The position numbers and the translations under genes are program-made. Of a stretch of 64,000 nt of DNA, positions 1-11,224 are shown one piece after another. The stretch covers positions 256,001 through 320,000 of the forward strand of contig CAWJBB010000040.1 in the NCBI GenBank assembly GCA_963840855.1, in the 5' to 3' direction. The stretch's first letter is position 1. Each line of letters starts with the position of its first letter. The stretch comes from an uncultured delta proteobacterium (GTDB lineage: Bacteria; Desulfobacterota; Binatia; UBA9968). The notes beneath the pieces are model-generated. The model made no database searches. It worked only from the letters and a program-made list of their open reading frames with translations, and was not told the DNA's origin.

Positions 1-101
1 GTGACCCCGCGCACCCTCGGGTCGCGGATATCGCGGCTGATGAGTTCCGAGATTAGCTCGACGAGCAAATCGCCGACGCGGTCTGAGCGCTGGTATTCCA
101 T
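1..101 (-). CDS. rbfA: Ribosome-binding factor A, N-terminal part (runs off window edge)
   Basis: Manual translation MEYQRSDRVGDLLVELISELISRDIRDPRVRGV; directly downstream of infB-DUF503. Confidence 0.9.
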   Translation of the reverse strand, partial: MEYQRSDRVGDLLVELISELISRDIRDPRVRGV

Positions 102-103
102 AG

Positions 104-182
104 GGTTCAAAGTTCAAGGTTTAATGTTCAAAGTTTCGGAATCAAACTCGCCCCCTTGAACATTGAACGTTGAACCTTGAAC
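104..182. repeat. Inverted pair of heptamer tandem arrays, (NGTTCAA)n ... (TTGAACN)n
   Basis: GGTTCAA AGTTCAA GGTTTAA TGTTCAA at 104-131; TTGAACA TTGAACG TTGAACC TTGAAC at 156-182. Confidence 0.85.
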
Positions 183-265
183 GGAATGATCGCTGCAGGC
201 GAGTCATTCGACCTAAGACCCTGACTGATTCAAATAGTACGGACTAGTCTGATGTGCGTCCCGGT

Positions 266-553
266 CTAACAATGAATAATTTCGCTGCTTGAATCGCCCA
301 CCTGGGCGAGGCCCATGCCGTCGACGAAGTCTACCACTTTCTGCAATGTCGCCTGCACCACCGGCTCGCTGCTGCCGACCACGGCGAAGCCCAACACCGC
401 GCTCTGCCAGAGATCCTGGTCGCCGCATTCGCCGACAGAGATGTTGAATTTATCCGCGACCCGCGCTTGAATGCGCTTGATGACGCCGCGCTTGCCCTTA
501 AGCGAGTGATTCTCGGGCAAGACCAAACTGAGTTTGAGAACCCCCACGATCAT
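266..553 (-). CDS. DUF503 (YlxP-like) protein
   Basis: MIVGVLKLSL...HSLKGKRGVIKRI...FNISVGE..DQDLWQ motif; typical position between infB and rbfA. Confidence 0.9.
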   Translation of the reverse strand: MIVGVLKLSLVLPENHSLKGKRGVIKRIQARVADKFNISVGECGDQDLWQSAVLGFAVVGSSEPVVQATLQKVVDFVDGMGLAQVGDSSSEIIHC

Positions 554-580
554 GGCCCAACGCGCTGCCGGAAGGTGTTC

Positions 581-3364
581 TTAACGAGTTTCCGCTGCCG
601 TCGCCCGCCCGGACTCGCGCCCCGCGGGATTTGGCGTAATGCGCCGCACCACGGGGGTACGCTCGTAGGCTTCTATGACATCGCCTTGCTTGACGTCTTG
701 AAATCCTTCGATGCTCAATCCGCATTCGTAGCCCGAAGCCACCTCGCGCACGTCGTCTTTAAAGCGCTTGAGAGTTGCCAGCTTGCCTTCATGGACCACG
801 ACCTGATCTCGGGTGAGCCGCACCTGATTGCCGCGCTGAATCTTACCCTCTGTGACATAGCAGCCGGCGACGGTGCCGACACCCTGGATGTTGAAAGTCT
901 GGCGGATCTCCACCCGGCCGTGAACTTGCTCGCGGTAAGTCGGCTCCAGCAAGCCCTCCATGGCAGCGCGCAAGTCCGCCACGACTTCATAGATGATCGT
1001 GTACAGACGCACATCGACGCCTTCGCGGGCGGCGAGAACAGCCCCCTTGGATTCGGGCCGGACGTTGAAGCCGATGACGATGGCGTTGGAAGCGGCGGCG
1101 AGAAGAATGTCGCTCTCCGTGATACCGCCCACCGACCCATGGATGACTCGCAGCTTCACTTCGTCGCCCGACATGCGCGCCAGCGCTTCTGTGATCGCTT
1201 CCACGGAGCCCTGGACGTCGGCCTTGAGCACCAGGCGAAGCTCTTTAACATCGCCGGTCTTGATCTGGTCGTAAAGCTCTTCCAGCGAAACCTTGCTGCT
1301 CTTGACCAGCTCGGTTTCGCGCTGCTTGCTTTGGCGGAATTCAGCCACCTGGCGCGCCTTCGCTTCATCGGCGACGGCGACAAAGGAATCGCCCGCCTGC
1401 GGCACTCCCTGCAAACCGAGAATCTCCACTGGAACGGAAGGCGGAGCCACATCTACCTTGTGGCCGTTGTCGTCGATCATCGCGCGCACCTTGCCGTGAA
1501 AAACGCCGCACACAAAGGCGTCGCCGACATGAAGCGTCCCTTCCTGCACAAGGACCGTAGCCACCGAGCCGCGACCGCGGTCGAGTTTCGCCTCGACGAT
1601 GGTGCCGCGCGCCAATTTCTCGGGGTTCGCTTTCAATTCCAAAATATCCGCCTGCAAGAGCACCATTTCCAACAGATGCGATATGCCATCGTGGGTCTTG
1701 GCTGACACCGGCGCAAACACCGTGTCGCCACCCCAATCTTCCGCCGCCAGGCCATATTCCGCGAGTCCCCTTTTCACGCGCTCGAGGTCGGCGTCGGGAC
1801 GGTCCATTTTGTTCACGGCCACGACGATGGGCACTTCCGCGGCGCGCGCATGGTTGATCGCCTCCACCGTCTGCGGCATGACGCCGTCGTCGGCGGCAAC
1901 GACGAGAATGACGAGATCAGTGACCTTGGCGCCGCGCGCGCGCATGGCCGTGAAGGCCTCGTGCCCCGGCGTATCGAGAAACGTTACGCTGCGCCCGTCC
2001 ACTTGCACGTGGTAAGCGCCGATATGTTGAGTGATGCCGCCATGCTCCTGGGCGGTGACGTTGGTGCTGCGAATCGCGTCGAGCAGCGAAGTTTTACCAT
2101 GGTCGACATGCCCCATGATCGTCACCACGGGCGGACGCGGCTCCAGGGCGGTTTCCTCTTCTTCAACCTGGTGTTCCACTTCCAGGGCGCTATCGGCGTC
2201 AAAGGCGACGTTTTCAACCTGATGGTCGAATTCGGACGCAATCAACGTCGCCGTGTCCGCGTCGAGCATCTGGTTGATGGTCGCCATCATGCCCATGCTC
2301 ATCAGCTTTTTGATAACATCTCCAGCCTTCACGCCCATCTCGCGGGAAAGATCTCCCACCGTAATAACCTCAGAGATCTTGATTACTCGCTTGATTGCCT
2401 TGGGAACGGTGATTTCCGTTTTCCTCTGCTCTCTGCCGGGAAGGGCCCTTTTCTTTTTCGGTATACGCCCCGCCCGCAGGTCTTGTTCCCGGAACTCGAG
2501 GACGTCTTGTTTTTTTACGACCCGCTTCTTGTGCCGGCCGCTTTTCGCCGGTTTCCCCGCTTCGCCCTCAGCCCCGGCCGGCGCGCCTTCTATCGGCGCG
2601 CTTGGAATATCCGTCGAGGCCGGCGCGCCGGGAACCGCACGACGCGCCCCCGGCGGAGGCGCTGCTGGAACTCTCTGGGCTTGCTTGAGATCGATGCGGC
2701 CAAGAACGATGGCCCCTCGGGGCGCTTGAGCTGGTGCGGGTTTTTCTACCGCCGGCTTTGCGATATGAATCACCGGCGGCGGCGCTGGTTCTGGTTCGGC
2801 GACCGGCGCTGCGTCAGGGACATGCGACGGGCGCGCTGCTTCAAGGTCAACGGGAACCGGCGGCGCTACCTCCGCAGCGGGCTCGATGAAGGACGGTTCC
2901 TCGGGGGTGGTATCAGCTTCCGGAAAAAACTCTGCGGAAAATTCTTCAACGGGTTGCTCAACGACCGGCGTCGCCTCAACTACGAGCGGGGGCGCTTCTT
3001 CAGGCGCCGATTGAGTTTCCAGCCGGGGCGGAGCTTCCGCTTGCGGCACTTCCACGCGGCTCGTGCGGCGGCGAATGACATTGGTGCGTACCCTACGTTC
3101 GACGATGGTTTCACGGGATTGAACCTCGCCGAGATTTTCGTCTTCCGCAGTGACGACGCGATCGGCCACCACCTTTTCTTCGCCAACATGGATTTGAGGT
3201 TTTTCTTGCGCAGCCAGAGCGGCGCGGACTCGTGCAACCTCGTCGTCCTCAAGGGCGCTTTGGGCTTTGCGCCCCCTCAAACCCAACTTATCCAACTGGG
3301 CGATGAGGTCCTTGGTCTCAATTCCCAACTCCTTGGCTAGTAGATGGACTCTCGTCTTTCCCAT
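581..3364 (-). CDS. infB: Translation initiation factor IF-2
   Basis: [32 protein letters not shown] GTPase motifs. Confidence 0.99.
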   Translation of the reverse strand: MGKTRVHLLAKELGIETKDLIAQLDKLGLRGRKAQSALEDDEVARVRAALAAQEKPQIHVGEEKVVADRVVTAEDENLGEVQSRETIVERRVRTNVIRRRTSRVEVPQAEAPPRLETQSAPEEAPPLVVEATPVVEQPVEEFSAEFFPEADTTPEEPSFIEPAAEVAPPVPVDLEAARPSHVPDAAPVAEPEPAPPPVIHIAKPAVEKPAPAQAPRGAIVLGRIDLKQAQRVPAAPPPGARRAVPGAPASTDIPSAPIEGAPAGAEGEAGKPAKSGRHKKRVVKKQDVLEFREQDLRAGRIPKKKRALPGREQRKTEITVPKAIKRVIKISEVITVGDLSREMGVKAGDVIKKLMSMGMMATINQMLDADTATLIASEFDHQVENVAFDADSALEVEHQVEEEETALEPRPPVVTIMGHVDHGKTSLLDAIRSTNVTAQEHGGITQHIGAYHVQVDGRSVTFLDTPGHEAFTAMRARGAKVTDLVILVVAADDGVMPQTVEAINHARAAEVPIVVAVNKMDRPDADLERVKRGLAEYGLAAEDWGGDTVFAPVSAKTHDGISHLLEMVLLQADILELKANPEKLARGTIVEAKLDRGRGSVATVLVQEGTLHVGDAFVCGVFHGKVRAMIDDNGHKVDVAPPSVPVEILGLQGVPQAGDSFVAVADEAKARQVAEFRQSKQRETELVKSSKVSLEELYDQIKTGDVKELRLVLKADVQGSVEAITEALARMSGDEVKLRVIHGSVGGITESDILLAAASNAIVIGFNVRPESKGAVLAAREGVDVRLYTIIYEVVADLRAAMEGLLEPTYREQVHGRVEIRQTFNIQGVGTVAGCYVTEGKIQRGNQVRLTRDQVVVHEGKLATLKRFKDDVREVASGYECGLSIEGFQDVKQGDVIEAYERTPVVRRITPNPAGRESGRATAAETR

Positions 3365-3367
3365 CTG

Positions 3368-3658
3368 TTATTCTCCGTGTCGCTCCTTTAGTTCCTGAAC
3401 CATTTTTTCCTTGATGCTTTTACCGATTTCCATATGAAAGGCGCGATATACGCTCTTCCGCCGTAAGAATTTTTCCCAACACGCCCGGGCGCGGTGCAGA
3501 TAACCGCCCCGGCCCGCGCTGCTATCGTCGGCGATCAATTCACCCTGGGCACCGGTTCGCAAGCGGATCAGCCGGCTCTGGTCATCCTGAACGCCACAGC
3601 CCAAACAGCTCCGGCGTGGGGCATGTTCCCGCGTCGCCACTGGCACCCGCTCGCTCAC
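3368..3658 (-). CDS. ylxR: YlxR/DUF448 family RNA-binding protein
   Basis: PRRSCLGC...LIRL...GRGGYLH motif; between nusA and infB. Confidence 0.9.
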   Translation of the reverse strand: MSERVPVATREHAPRRSCLGCGVQDDQSRLIRLRTGAQGELIADDSSAGRGGYLHRARACWEKFLRRKSVYRAFHMEIGKSIKEKMVQELKERHGE

Positions 3659-5007
3659 GCTTCTTTGCTTGCTGCAACCTCCGCCGGCGCGGTGCTTTCG
3701 TCGGCGTGCTGCGCCGCGGCTGCGATTTCAGCTGCCTTTTGCGCCGCTGCTTCCGCTTCTTTGCGCTGTTTTTCCTCTACATGCTCCTTGGCTGACTTGT
3801 GCAACGATTCAGCTTTTTCCTTGCTGATTCCTTCCACGTCCATGATCTCTTCCAGCTCGCTCTGGGCCACGTCCTCGGCGGACTTAAATCCCCCCTGATA
3901 GAGTAGCTCCGCGGCGATATCGCCGATGCCGGGAATGGCACCGATGGATTGGCGCGTGCGGCGAGTTTCTTCTTCGGCCTCCGCCTCGCTGCACACGTCG
4001 ATGCGCCAGCCGGATAGACGGGAAGCAAGCCTGACGTTTTGGCCCTTTTTGCCGATGGCCAGAGACAGCTGGTCGTCCGGCACCACGACTTCCATGCTGT
4101 GCTCGTCGTCGTCGATGATGATTTTGGATACCTTGGCCGGCGCCAGCGCCCGGCAAACATATTCCGCCTGATCGGCAATCCAATGCACGATGTCGATTTT
4201 TTCTCCACGCAACTCCTGAACCACCGACTGGACCCGCGTGCCTTTCATGCCGACGCAGGCGCCCACAGGATCGACATCGGGGTCGTTGGACAGCACCGCG
4301 ATCTTCGCCCTCCCGCCAGGCTCCCGGGCGGCGCCTTTGACTTCAACGATGCCTTCGTAGATTTCCGGCACCTCTTGCTCGAAAAGTTTGATCAACATGC
4401 CGGGATGGGTGCGCGATAGCACGATCTGCGGCCCGCGGCCGGTGATATCGACGCTGACGATATAGGCGCGAATCCGGTCGCCCTGGCGGTAGCGCTCCCG
4501 CGGCACCTGCTCTTTTTCCGGCAGGATCGCGTCGGTGCGGCCAAGGTTGACGATGATGTTGCGCTTCTCGAAGCGCTGCACGATGCCGTTGACGAGTTGT
4601 CCCTCGCGCCCTTTGAATTCGTTGAAAATAATTTCGCGCTCGGCATCGCGCACGCGCTGCACGATATTTTGCTTGGCGGCCTGCGCGGCGATGCGCCCGA
4701 ACTTGCTGGAATCGAGCTTGCACAACAGCTCGTCGCCCATCTCGGCATCGGGATCGAGGTTCTCCCGCGCGTCATTCAAAGTGATCTCTACTTCGGGGTC
4801 CTGTACGGTTTCCACCACCGTTCTGGCTTCGAACAGCTCCACCTCGCCGATCTCCGGATTGAACTGCGCTTCGATCTTGCGCTGGTGGCCGAAGGTTTTT
4901 TTGGCCGCCGAGACCATGGCGTTTTCCAGGGCACCGATCAGTATCGCTTTGTCGATGCCTTTTTCTTTGCTCACCTGTTCGATGACGCGATTGAGATCCT
5001 GCTGCAT
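3655..5007 (-). CDS. nusA: Transcription termination/antitermination factor NusA
   Basis: FGRIAAQAAKQ, S1 and KH domains (DPVGACVG, AIGKKGQNVRLA), C-terminal HhH repeats. Confidence 0.99.
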   Translation of the reverse strand: MQQDLNRVIEQVSKEKGIDKAILIGALENAMVSAAKKTFGHQRKIEAQFNPEIGEVELFEARTVVETVQDPEVEITLNDARENLDPDAEMGDELLCKLDSSKFGRIAAQAAKQNIVQRVRDAEREIIFNEFKGREGQLVNGIVQRFEKRNIIVNLGRTDAILPEKEQVPRERYRQGDRIRAYIVSVDITGRGPQIVLSRTHPGMLIKLFEQEVPEIYEGIVEVKGAAREPGGRAKIAVLSNDPDVDPVGACVGMKGTRVQSVVQELRGEKIDIVHWIADQAEYVCRALAPAKVSKIIIDDDEHSMEVVVPDDQLSLAIGKKGQNVRLASRLSGWRIDVCSEAEAEEETRRTRQSIGAIPGIGDIAAELLYQGGFKSAEDVAQSELEEIMDVEGISKEKAESLHKSAKEHVEEKQRKEAEAAAQKAAEIAAAAQHADESTAPAEVAASKEA

Positions 5008-5008
5008 G

Positions 5009-5476
5009 TTACGCGCTCCAGTCGTGCTCGTAATTAGATTTTTCGATCATGGAAAATGGAATCTGAAATTCCGTCCCGTCCTGCGCCAATATGATTTTGT
5101 CTTCAACCACTTCGCCGAGGATACCTAGGAACGAGCGCCGGCCATTGATTATGTCACGGGTGCGAACGCGGATGCGCTTACCGACGAAGCGAGCAAAATG
5201 TTCCGGCCGCTTGAGCGGTCGGTTGATCCCCGGCGAGGAGACTTCAAGCGTGTAGGCGCCGTCCACTACGTCGTCGGCATCGAGAAGTTCGCTCAACGCC
5301 CGGCTCACCCGGCCTAAATCCTCCATGCTCGGGCCGCCTTGTTTGTCCAGAAACAGACGCAGCACGCGCCCGGCGCGTCCACCTTCGCGCCGAAGCTCGA
5401 TATCGATTATCTCCATCTTTTCGCGCGCCACCAATGGCGCCGCAAGCTCCCAGACCCGCTGGACGGTGGCATCCAT
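5009..5476 (-). CDS. rimP: Ribosome maturation factor RimP
   Basis: YTLEVSSPGINRPL motif; first gene of the nusA operon. Confidence 0.97.
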   Translation of the reverse strand: MDATVQRVWELAAPLVAREKMEIIDIELRREGGRAGRVLRLFLDKQGGPSMEDLGRVSRALSELLDADDVVDGAYTLEVSSPGINRPLKRPEHFARFVGKRIRVRTRDIINGRRSFLGILGEVVEDKIILAQDGTEFQIPFSMIEKSNYEHDWSA

Positions 5477-5497
5477 CTTTGTTCAGGCCCAAAAACT

Positions 5498-5520
5498 AAA
5501 AAAGCGGGCAACGCCCACTT
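5498..5520 (-). promoter_or_regulatory. rimP leader terminator-like hairpin (probable NusA-dependent attenuator)
   Basis: Minus strand AAGTGGGC-GTT-GCCCGCTT followed by a T run, just upstream of rimP. Confidence 0.65.
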
Positions 5521-5623
5521 TGAGTAAGACCCTTAAAGTGTAAGATTTTTTTAACATAGCGCCGGAGGCCATTGCAAGGCCCCACGGGGCGCCGGTGCGA
5601 TTGCGTGGCTTGCAGCATTTGTT

Positions 5624-6763
5624 ATGATTTGCTGCCGATTGCGAACCGCCGTGGTGAAAGCCTTGAGCCAAACGAAAAAATCATCGCCGAGCGAAATTTC
5701 CTGGGGGCAGATTCTCACCAGCCTGGAGGATGGGGTCATCACCGTGGACCCGCAGGGGAGAATTGTCTTCTTCAACGAAGCCGCGGAAACGCTCACCGAG
5801 ATTTCCGCGGCCAACGCCCGGCGAAATCCGCTAGAGCGGCTCTTCAGGCGCGAGCCTTGGCTATTGGAACTGGCCAGAAAGACTCAGCCGCCGCGCCAGG
5901 AAAGCGCCAGGGGTGAAGGGGATTTTGTCACCCGCCGGGGACGAAAGACTCCGGTCAGCATCACCGCGTCGCCGCTGCGGGACGACGCGGGCGGTTTCGT
6001 CGGCAGCATTCTTCTCCTGCGCGACGACAAACGCCGCAAAGAACTGGAAGAGGACTTGAAACGGGCCGACCGGCTGGCGATGATGGGCACGCTGGCGGCG
6101 GGCCTGGCGCATGAGATCCGCAATCCCCTGAGCGGTATTAAGGGCGCGGCGCAACTCTTGCGCCGCGCCGTCGAAGGCGACGCTTCGCTGCGCGTCTATA
6201 CGGATATCATGATTCGCGAAGTGGGTCGCGTAAACCAACTCATCGAACAGCTTCTGGATTTGTCGCGACCGTGGCAATTGAACTTTGCGCCGGTCAACAT
6301 CCATGAAATCTTGGAAGAAGTGCTCTTACTCGAAGGCCAAGCCGCTCCGGAAAAAAGCGTAACGGTGAAAAAGCAATTCGACCCCAGCCTGCCGCCCATC
6401 AGAGGAGACCGCGCCCAGCTTATGCAGGTTTTTCTCAATCTAGTAAAGAACGCCTACGAGGCAATGGACCATGGCGGCGCCTTGACGCTGGCCACCCGGC
6501 TGGAAACCGACTTTCACGTCCGCGCGCAAGGGAGACGGCGGAGCCGCTTCATCTGGGTGGATATCGCCGACGACGGCGCGGGGATCAAGGAAGCAGACCT
6601 GCCGCATATCTTCTCGCCCTTCTTCACCACGAAAAACTCCGGCACCGGGCTCGGCCTGGCGATCTGCTATCGGATTATCAATGAACATGGCGGCCTGATC
6701 CGCGTCGAAACTAACGAGTGCAAGGGAACTACTTTCAAAGTTTCGCTGGTGGTGGCAGAGTAA
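5624..6763 (+). CDS. PAS-domain sensor histidine kinase, NtrB/GlnL-like (true start may be a few codons downstream)
   Basis: PAS; AAGLAHEIRNPL H-box; NLVKNA; DDGAG; GTGLGL. Confidence 0.9.
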   Translation: MICCRLRTAVVKALSQTKKSSPSEISWGQILTSLEDGVITVDPQGRIVFFNEAAETLTEISAANARRNPLERLFRREPWLLELARKTQPPRQESARGEGDFVTRRGRKTPVSITASPLRDDAGGFVGSILLLRDDKRRKELEEDLKRADRLAMMGTLAAGLAHEIRNPLSGIKGAAQLLRRAVEGDASLRVYTDIMIREVGRVNQLIEQLLDLSRPWQLNFAPVNIHEILEEVLLLEGQAAPEKSVTVKKQFDPSLPPIRGDRAQLMQVFLNLVKNAYEAMDHGGALTLATRLETDFHVRAQGRRRSRFIWVDIADDGAGIKEADLPHIFSPFFTTKNSGTGLGLAICYRIINEHGGLIRVETNECKGTTFKVSLVVAE

Positions 6764-6767
6764 AGCG

Positions 6768-8213
6768 ATGGACCAGGGAAAAATTCTAGTGACCGAAGAT
6801 GAGGAGTCGCTCCGTTTCGTGCTGCAAAAAGCCCTGGAAAACGAGGGCTACTGGGTCCAGACGGCGGCCAACGGCGCCACCGCGCGCCGGCGCCTCGACG
6901 AGGTCCACTTCGACGTCTCGCTGATGGACATCAAGCTCCCCGACGCCGACGGCGTGGAGCTACTCAAGGAATTCAAGGCGGCGGGCCTCGACACCGCGAT
7001 GATTCTCATGACCGCGCAGAACACCATGCGCAACGCCATCGGCGCCATGAAGACCGGCGCCTTCGACTACATCACCAAGCCTTTCGATCTCGACGAGGTG
7101 CTGCTGCTGGTCAAGCGCGCCATGGAAAGCCGCAAATTGACACAAGACTTCCGCGAGCTCAAGGAAGAAATCAAGAAACGCTTCGAGCCGGGGATCAACA
7201 TCATCGGCACCAGCGCGGCCATGCAGAAGGTTTACAAAACCATCGGGCAGGTGGCGGACACGCAGGCGACGATTCTGATTCTAGGAGAAAGCGGCACCGG
7301 TAAGGAACTCGTCGCCAAGACGATTCATTATAACTCACCGCGCTGGAACCAGCCCTTCGTGGCGATCAACTGCGCGGCAATCCCCCGCGACCTTCTGGAG
7401 AGCGAACTCTTCGGCCATGAAAAGGGCGCCTTCACCGGCGCCCTCGACCGGCGCGCCGGCAAGTTCGAGCTCGCCGACCAAGGCACGCTTTTTCTCGACG
7501 AAGTGGGCGACATTCCCCTGGAGTTGCAAACCAAAATGCTGCGCGTCCTGCAAGATCACGAATACAGCCGAGTGGGCGGCCGTGAAGTGCTGAAAGCCAA
7601 CGTGCGCATTCTGGCAGCAACCAACCATGATCTAGAAAGAGCCGTCAAGGAGAAGCGTTTTCGCGAGGATCTTTATTTTCGCCTGAAAGTGATTCCTATC
7701 GTGCTGCCGCCCTTGCGCGAGCGGCGCGGTGACATCCCGCTTCTGATCGGTTACTTCATCGATAAAATCAACCGCGAGATGGGCATTCAGATCTCCGGCG
7801 TCTCCCTCGAAGCGCAAAAGCTCTTGGAAGATCATACCTGGCCGGGCAACGTGCGCGAGCTCGAGAACACGCTGATCCGCGCGGCGGTGCTTGCCTCCGG
7901 CCCGGTCCTTTTCCCCAACGATTTTACCCTCCACAACCGCCCCGTCGCGGCCGCCGTTGAAGTGGATCAGCTTTCTCTCGAAGAGATCATCCGGCACAAG
8001 CTTGAAGACTACTTCCGCCGCACCGAAGGCGTGGACGTAGACAATCTCTATTCGCTGGTCATCGAAAGAATCGAGCGCCCGCTGATCGAATTGACGCTCA
8101 AAAAAACCCGCGGCAACCAGATTCGCGCCGCGCAGATCCTCGGCATCAACCGCAACACGCTGCGCAAGAAGATCGCCGATCTCCACATCGAGCTCAAAAA
8201 AGAACACAACTGA
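6768..8213 (+). CDS. Sigma54-dependent response regulator, NtrC-like
   Basis: Receiver domain, [24 protein letters not shown], Fis-type HTH ([11 protein letters not shown]). Confidence 0.95.
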   Translation: MDQGKILVTEDEESLRFVLQKALENEGYWVQTAANGATARRRLDEVHFDVSLMDIKLPDADGVELLKEFKAAGLDTAMILMTAQNTMRNAIGAMKTGAFDYITKPFDLDEVLLLVKRAMESRKLTQDFRELKEEIKKRFEPGINIIGTSAAMQKVYKTIGQVADTQATILILGESGTGKELVAKTIHYNSPRWNQPFVAINCAAIPRDLLESELFGHEKGAFTGALDRRAGKFELADQGTLFLDEVGDIPLELQTKMLRVLQDHEYSRVGGREVLKANVRILAATNHDLERAVKEKRFREDLYFRLKVIPIVLPPLRERRGDIPLLIGYFIDKINREMGIQISGVSLEAQKLLEDHTWPGNVRELENTLIRAAVLASGPVLFPNDFTLHNRPVAAAVEVDQLSLEEIIRHKLEDYFRRTEGVDVDNLYSLVIERIERPLIELTLKKTRGNQIRAAQILGINRNTLRKKIADLHIELKKEHN

Positions 8214-8220
8214 CCGTTCC

Positions 8221-8859
8221 ATGCCGCCGCTCAACTTGCCGCCGCTCTACGCGATTCTCGACCCCGAGCACACGAAAGGACTCGATGGGATAATCGTATT
8301 GCGCCGGCTGCTAGAGGGAGGCGCCGGCATCGTCCAGCTACGGGCGAAAATCATGGCGCCGGGAGATTTCCTCGTCCTCGCGCGGGAAGCGCGCGCGCCG
8401 TCCCTGGCCCACGGCTGCAAGTTGATCGTCAATGACCGGATCGATATCGCGCTTGCATGTGACGCCGATGGCGTTCATCTCGGACAGGAAGACCTGCCGC
8501 TCGGCGCCGCGCGAAAATTAATGGCCCAAAAGCTCATCGGCATATCGACCCACAGCGTGGAACAAGCCACAGTGGCCGAACGCGACGGCGCCGACTATAT
8601 CGGCTTCGGCCCGATGTTCGGCACGACGACAAAAGCGACCGGCTACTCAGCCCGCGGCGTAGACATGCTGCGCCAAATACGCCAGGCGGTAAAAATCCCC
8701 ATCGTCGCCATCGGCGGCATCAAAGAGGAAAACGTCGCGCAGGTCTGGCAAGCCGGCGCCGACTCAGCGGCGATCATCAGCGATATTCTGGGGGCGGACG
8801 ATATCACCGCCAAGGTGAGGCGAATTTTGCGCCTATCCCAAGCGCGCCAGCGGCAATAG
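8221..8859 (+). CDS. thiE: Thiamine-phosphate synthase
   Basis: QLRAK, VNDR, GVHLGQED, STH, TTTK, AIGGI motifs. Confidence 0.95.
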   Translation: MPPLNLPPLYAILDPEHTKGLDGIIVLRRLLEGGAGIVQLRAKIMAPGDFLVLAREARAPSLAHGCKLIVNDRIDIALACDADGVHLGQEDLPLGAARKLMAQKLIGISTHSVEQATVAERDGADYIGFGPMFGTTTKATGYSARGVDMLRQIRQAVKIPIVAIGGIKEENVAQVWQAGADSAAIISDILGADDITAKVRRILRLSQARQRQ

Positions 8860-8940
8860 AAAAAATTGCGGATTTCGAAACTCGAATTTAACCGGAAAGA
8901 ACCCAGCGCCGCAGAGCAGCCATCAAAGCACTAATCGTTA

Positions 8941-9012
8941 TTTCACCACGGAGTTCGCGAAGTTTGGAATATTTCTTAATGAAGAAATCTTTACTCCGCG
9001 TCCTCCACCGTG
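8941..9012. repeat. Degenerate inverted repeat element
   Basis: TTCACCACGGAG ... CTCCGCGTCCTCCACCGTGA arms in the thiE-ugd intergenic region. Confidence 0.4.
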
Positions 9013-9305
9013 AGTCCTGTTCCTAATCGATGGAATCAGAATGACGACGGGAAAATTTGCGCGACGTGTGAGCCAATGGAGACCCGTCACCACGTCTTGG
9101 GCAAAGAGATCGGCTATGTGAAGACTGCACGAAGAGAATTTGCAAAAAGGATTGGGGCGTGTCGTGTTGCCCTACGCTCTGGACAGAAAATATCCGAACG
9201 CGGATAATGGGGACGGGCATTCCGCGCTGGAGTAATTACTTTATTGCGCGTTTTCCTTATAGCTCCAATGCTGGAGTGGGATAAGCAGGCAGTGTGGGAG
9301 AAACT

Positions 9306-10679
9306 ATGGAGTTTGAAAAGAAGATTCTCTGTATCGGCGCAGGCTATGTAGGCGGACCGACGATGGCGATGATCGCTGCCAAGTGCCCGCCCTACAAGAT
9401 CACAGTTGTAGACATCAATCCCGCCAGAATCGCGGCGTGGAATAGCGACTCGCTTCCTATTTATGAACCTGGTTTGGATGTGTTGGTACAAAAGACTAGA
9501 GGTGTGAATCTCTTTTTCTCTACCGCAGTAGAAGCAGGGATCAGCGACGCCGACATTATTTTTGTCTCGGTGAACACGCCCACCAAAAACTTTGGCCAGG
9601 GCGCAGGCAAGGCCGCCGATCTGCAATTCTGGGAAAAGACCGCGCGTCAGATTCTCGCCCACTCCACCACCGATAAAATTGTCGTGGAGAAATCCACCCT
9701 GCCAGTCAGAACGGCAGAAGCCATGCAGCGGATTCTTAACAACACGAAAAATGTCCATTTCGAAGTAGTTTCCAACCCGGAGTTCCTGGCGGAAGGGACC
9801 GCAATTGCCGACCTGGAAAATCCCGACCGCGTCCTAATTGGCTCACAAGAAACTCCCACCGGCCTTGCCGCCCGCAAAGCCATTGTCGATATCTATGCTC
9901 ACTGGGTCCCGCGGGACCGTATCCTCGAATCCAATGTGTGGAGCGCCGAGTTGTCCAAGTTGACAGCGAACGCCTTTTTGGCGCAGCGCATTTCCTCCAT
10001 CAATGCTATCTCTGCCTTGTGCGAGAAAACCCAAGCTGACGTTGCTGAAGTTGCCAAAGCCATCGGCAAGGACTCGCGGATCGGCGCCAAGTTTTTACAG
10101 GCCGGTGTGGGCTTCGGCGGCTCCTGCTTCAAAAAGGACATTCTGAATCTGGTGTACATCTGCCACGGCTACGGCTTGACCGAAGTGGCGGAGTACTGGG
10201 AGTCTGTCGTCAAGATTAATGGATGGCAGGAGAATCGTTTCATTCGCACGATCCTGGAGAACATGTTCAACACGGTCGCCGGGAAGCGGATCGCGCTCTT
10301 TGGCTTTGCCTTCAAGGCCGACACTGGCGATACCCGGGAGTCACCAGCTCTTGTGATTGCTCGAGGGTTGCTGGAAGAACGCGCGCACGTGGTGATCACC
10401 GATCCAAAAGCCCTGGACCATGCCAGGCAGGACTTGCACGATGTCAAAGAAGGTCTCAGCTTTGAGGCCGACTCGTACTGCGCCGCGGAAGGTGCTCATG
10501 CGGTGGCCCTCCTCACAGACTGGAAGCTCTACCAGGATCTGGATTACCAGCGAATTCTGCGGTCCATGGAGCGTCCCGCCTTTGTTTTCGACGGCCGCAA
10601 CCTTCTCGATCACAAGAAGTTGTTCGAGCTGGGCTTTAACGTGTTTGCCATCGGCAAAGCTCCGTTTAAGCATTTTTAA
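9306..10679 (+). CDS. ugd: UDP-glucose 6-dehydrogenase
   Basis: IGAGYVGGPT, EKSTLPV, SNPEFLAEG, GFGGSCFKKD; ATG 9306 follows GGAG. Confidence 0.95.
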   Translation: MEFEKKILCIGAGYVGGPTMAMIAAKCPPYKITVVDINPARIAAWNSDSLPIYEPGLDVLVQKTRGVNLFFSTAVEAGISDADIIFVSVNTPTKNFGQGAGKAADLQFWEKTARQILAHSTTDKIVVEKSTLPVRTAEAMQRILNNTKNVHFEVVSNPEFLAEGTAIADLENPDRVLIGSQETPTGLAARKAIVDIYAHWVPRDRILESNVWSAELSKLTANAFLAQRISSINAISALCEKTQADVAEVAKAIGKDSRIGAKFLQAGVGFGGSCFKKDILNLVYICHGYGLTEVAEYWESVVKINGWQENRFIRTILENMFNTVAGKRIALFGFAFKADTGDTRESPALVIARGLLEERAHVVITDPKALDHARQDLHDVKEGLSFEADSYCAAEGAHAVALLTDWKLYQDLDYQRILRSMERPAFVFDGRNLLDHKKLFELGFNVFAIGKAPFKHF

Positions 10680-10741
10680 AGGAATCGGAGTCGGAAGGAC
10701 AAGATGAAATTCTACATATCCGCCAAGGTGCGGCGAATTCT

Positions 10742-10975
10742 GTGCCTGCCGGGAGGGTCCGAGATGCTCTTGAAATGCATCTTCGTCACGAACCGATAAA
10801 AACGAGCAGGAGCCGGATCAAGCGGTTGCGCGGCCTGGCGCGACCGCAATATCGACTTCGTGTCGGCGAGGTTCGAGTATTCTACGACGTATCAGCCGAG
10901 TCCGTTGAGGTCTTGGCTATTGTCCCCAAATCGGAGGCTGCAATATGGCTGGAGCAGTTCGGAAAGCCCGAATAA
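10742..10975 (+). pseudogene. RelE/ParE-family toxin, apparently 5'-truncated
   Basis: RIKRLRGL..PQYRLRVGEVRVFYDV motif; usual N-terminal strand/helix and a good start are missing. Confidence 0.7.
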
Positions 10976-11217
10976 AAGAAGTTTCTTTATCTGAGATCAA
11001 AGATGATCTTTCACGGTTTCTGCGCGAGGCGGAGAAGCAGGCGATTGTCATAACTCGGCATGGAAAACCAGCGGGTGTCCTGATCGGATTCGAGTCAGAG
11101 GACGACTGGTTTGATTACAAACTTGAGAACGATCCTCGTTTCCTTGAGCGCGTCGAACAAGCGCGAAAGAGCTTAAGAGCCGGTCGCGGTATCCGGTTAG
11201 AAGATGTGCCTAAGTAA
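10945..11217 (+). CDS. Phd/YefM-family antitoxin (start uncertain)
   Basis: KEVSLSEIKDDLSRFLREAE..IVITRHGKPAGVL motif. Confidence 0.85.
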   Translation: MAGAVRKARIKEVSLSEIKDDLSRFLREAEKQAIVITRHGKPAGVLIGFESEDDWFDYKLENDPRFLERVEQARKSLRAGRGIRLEDVPK

Positions 11218-11224
11218 ACGGTTG

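Noticed and set aside
104-182. CRISPR array interpretation of this and the other short repeats
   Set aside because: Units are 6-9 nt with no spacers, and no cas genes are present
467-3340. Long plus-strand ORFs (412 aa and 496 aa) opposite infB
   Set aside because: Antisense shadows of a GC-rich conserved gene, with no motifs
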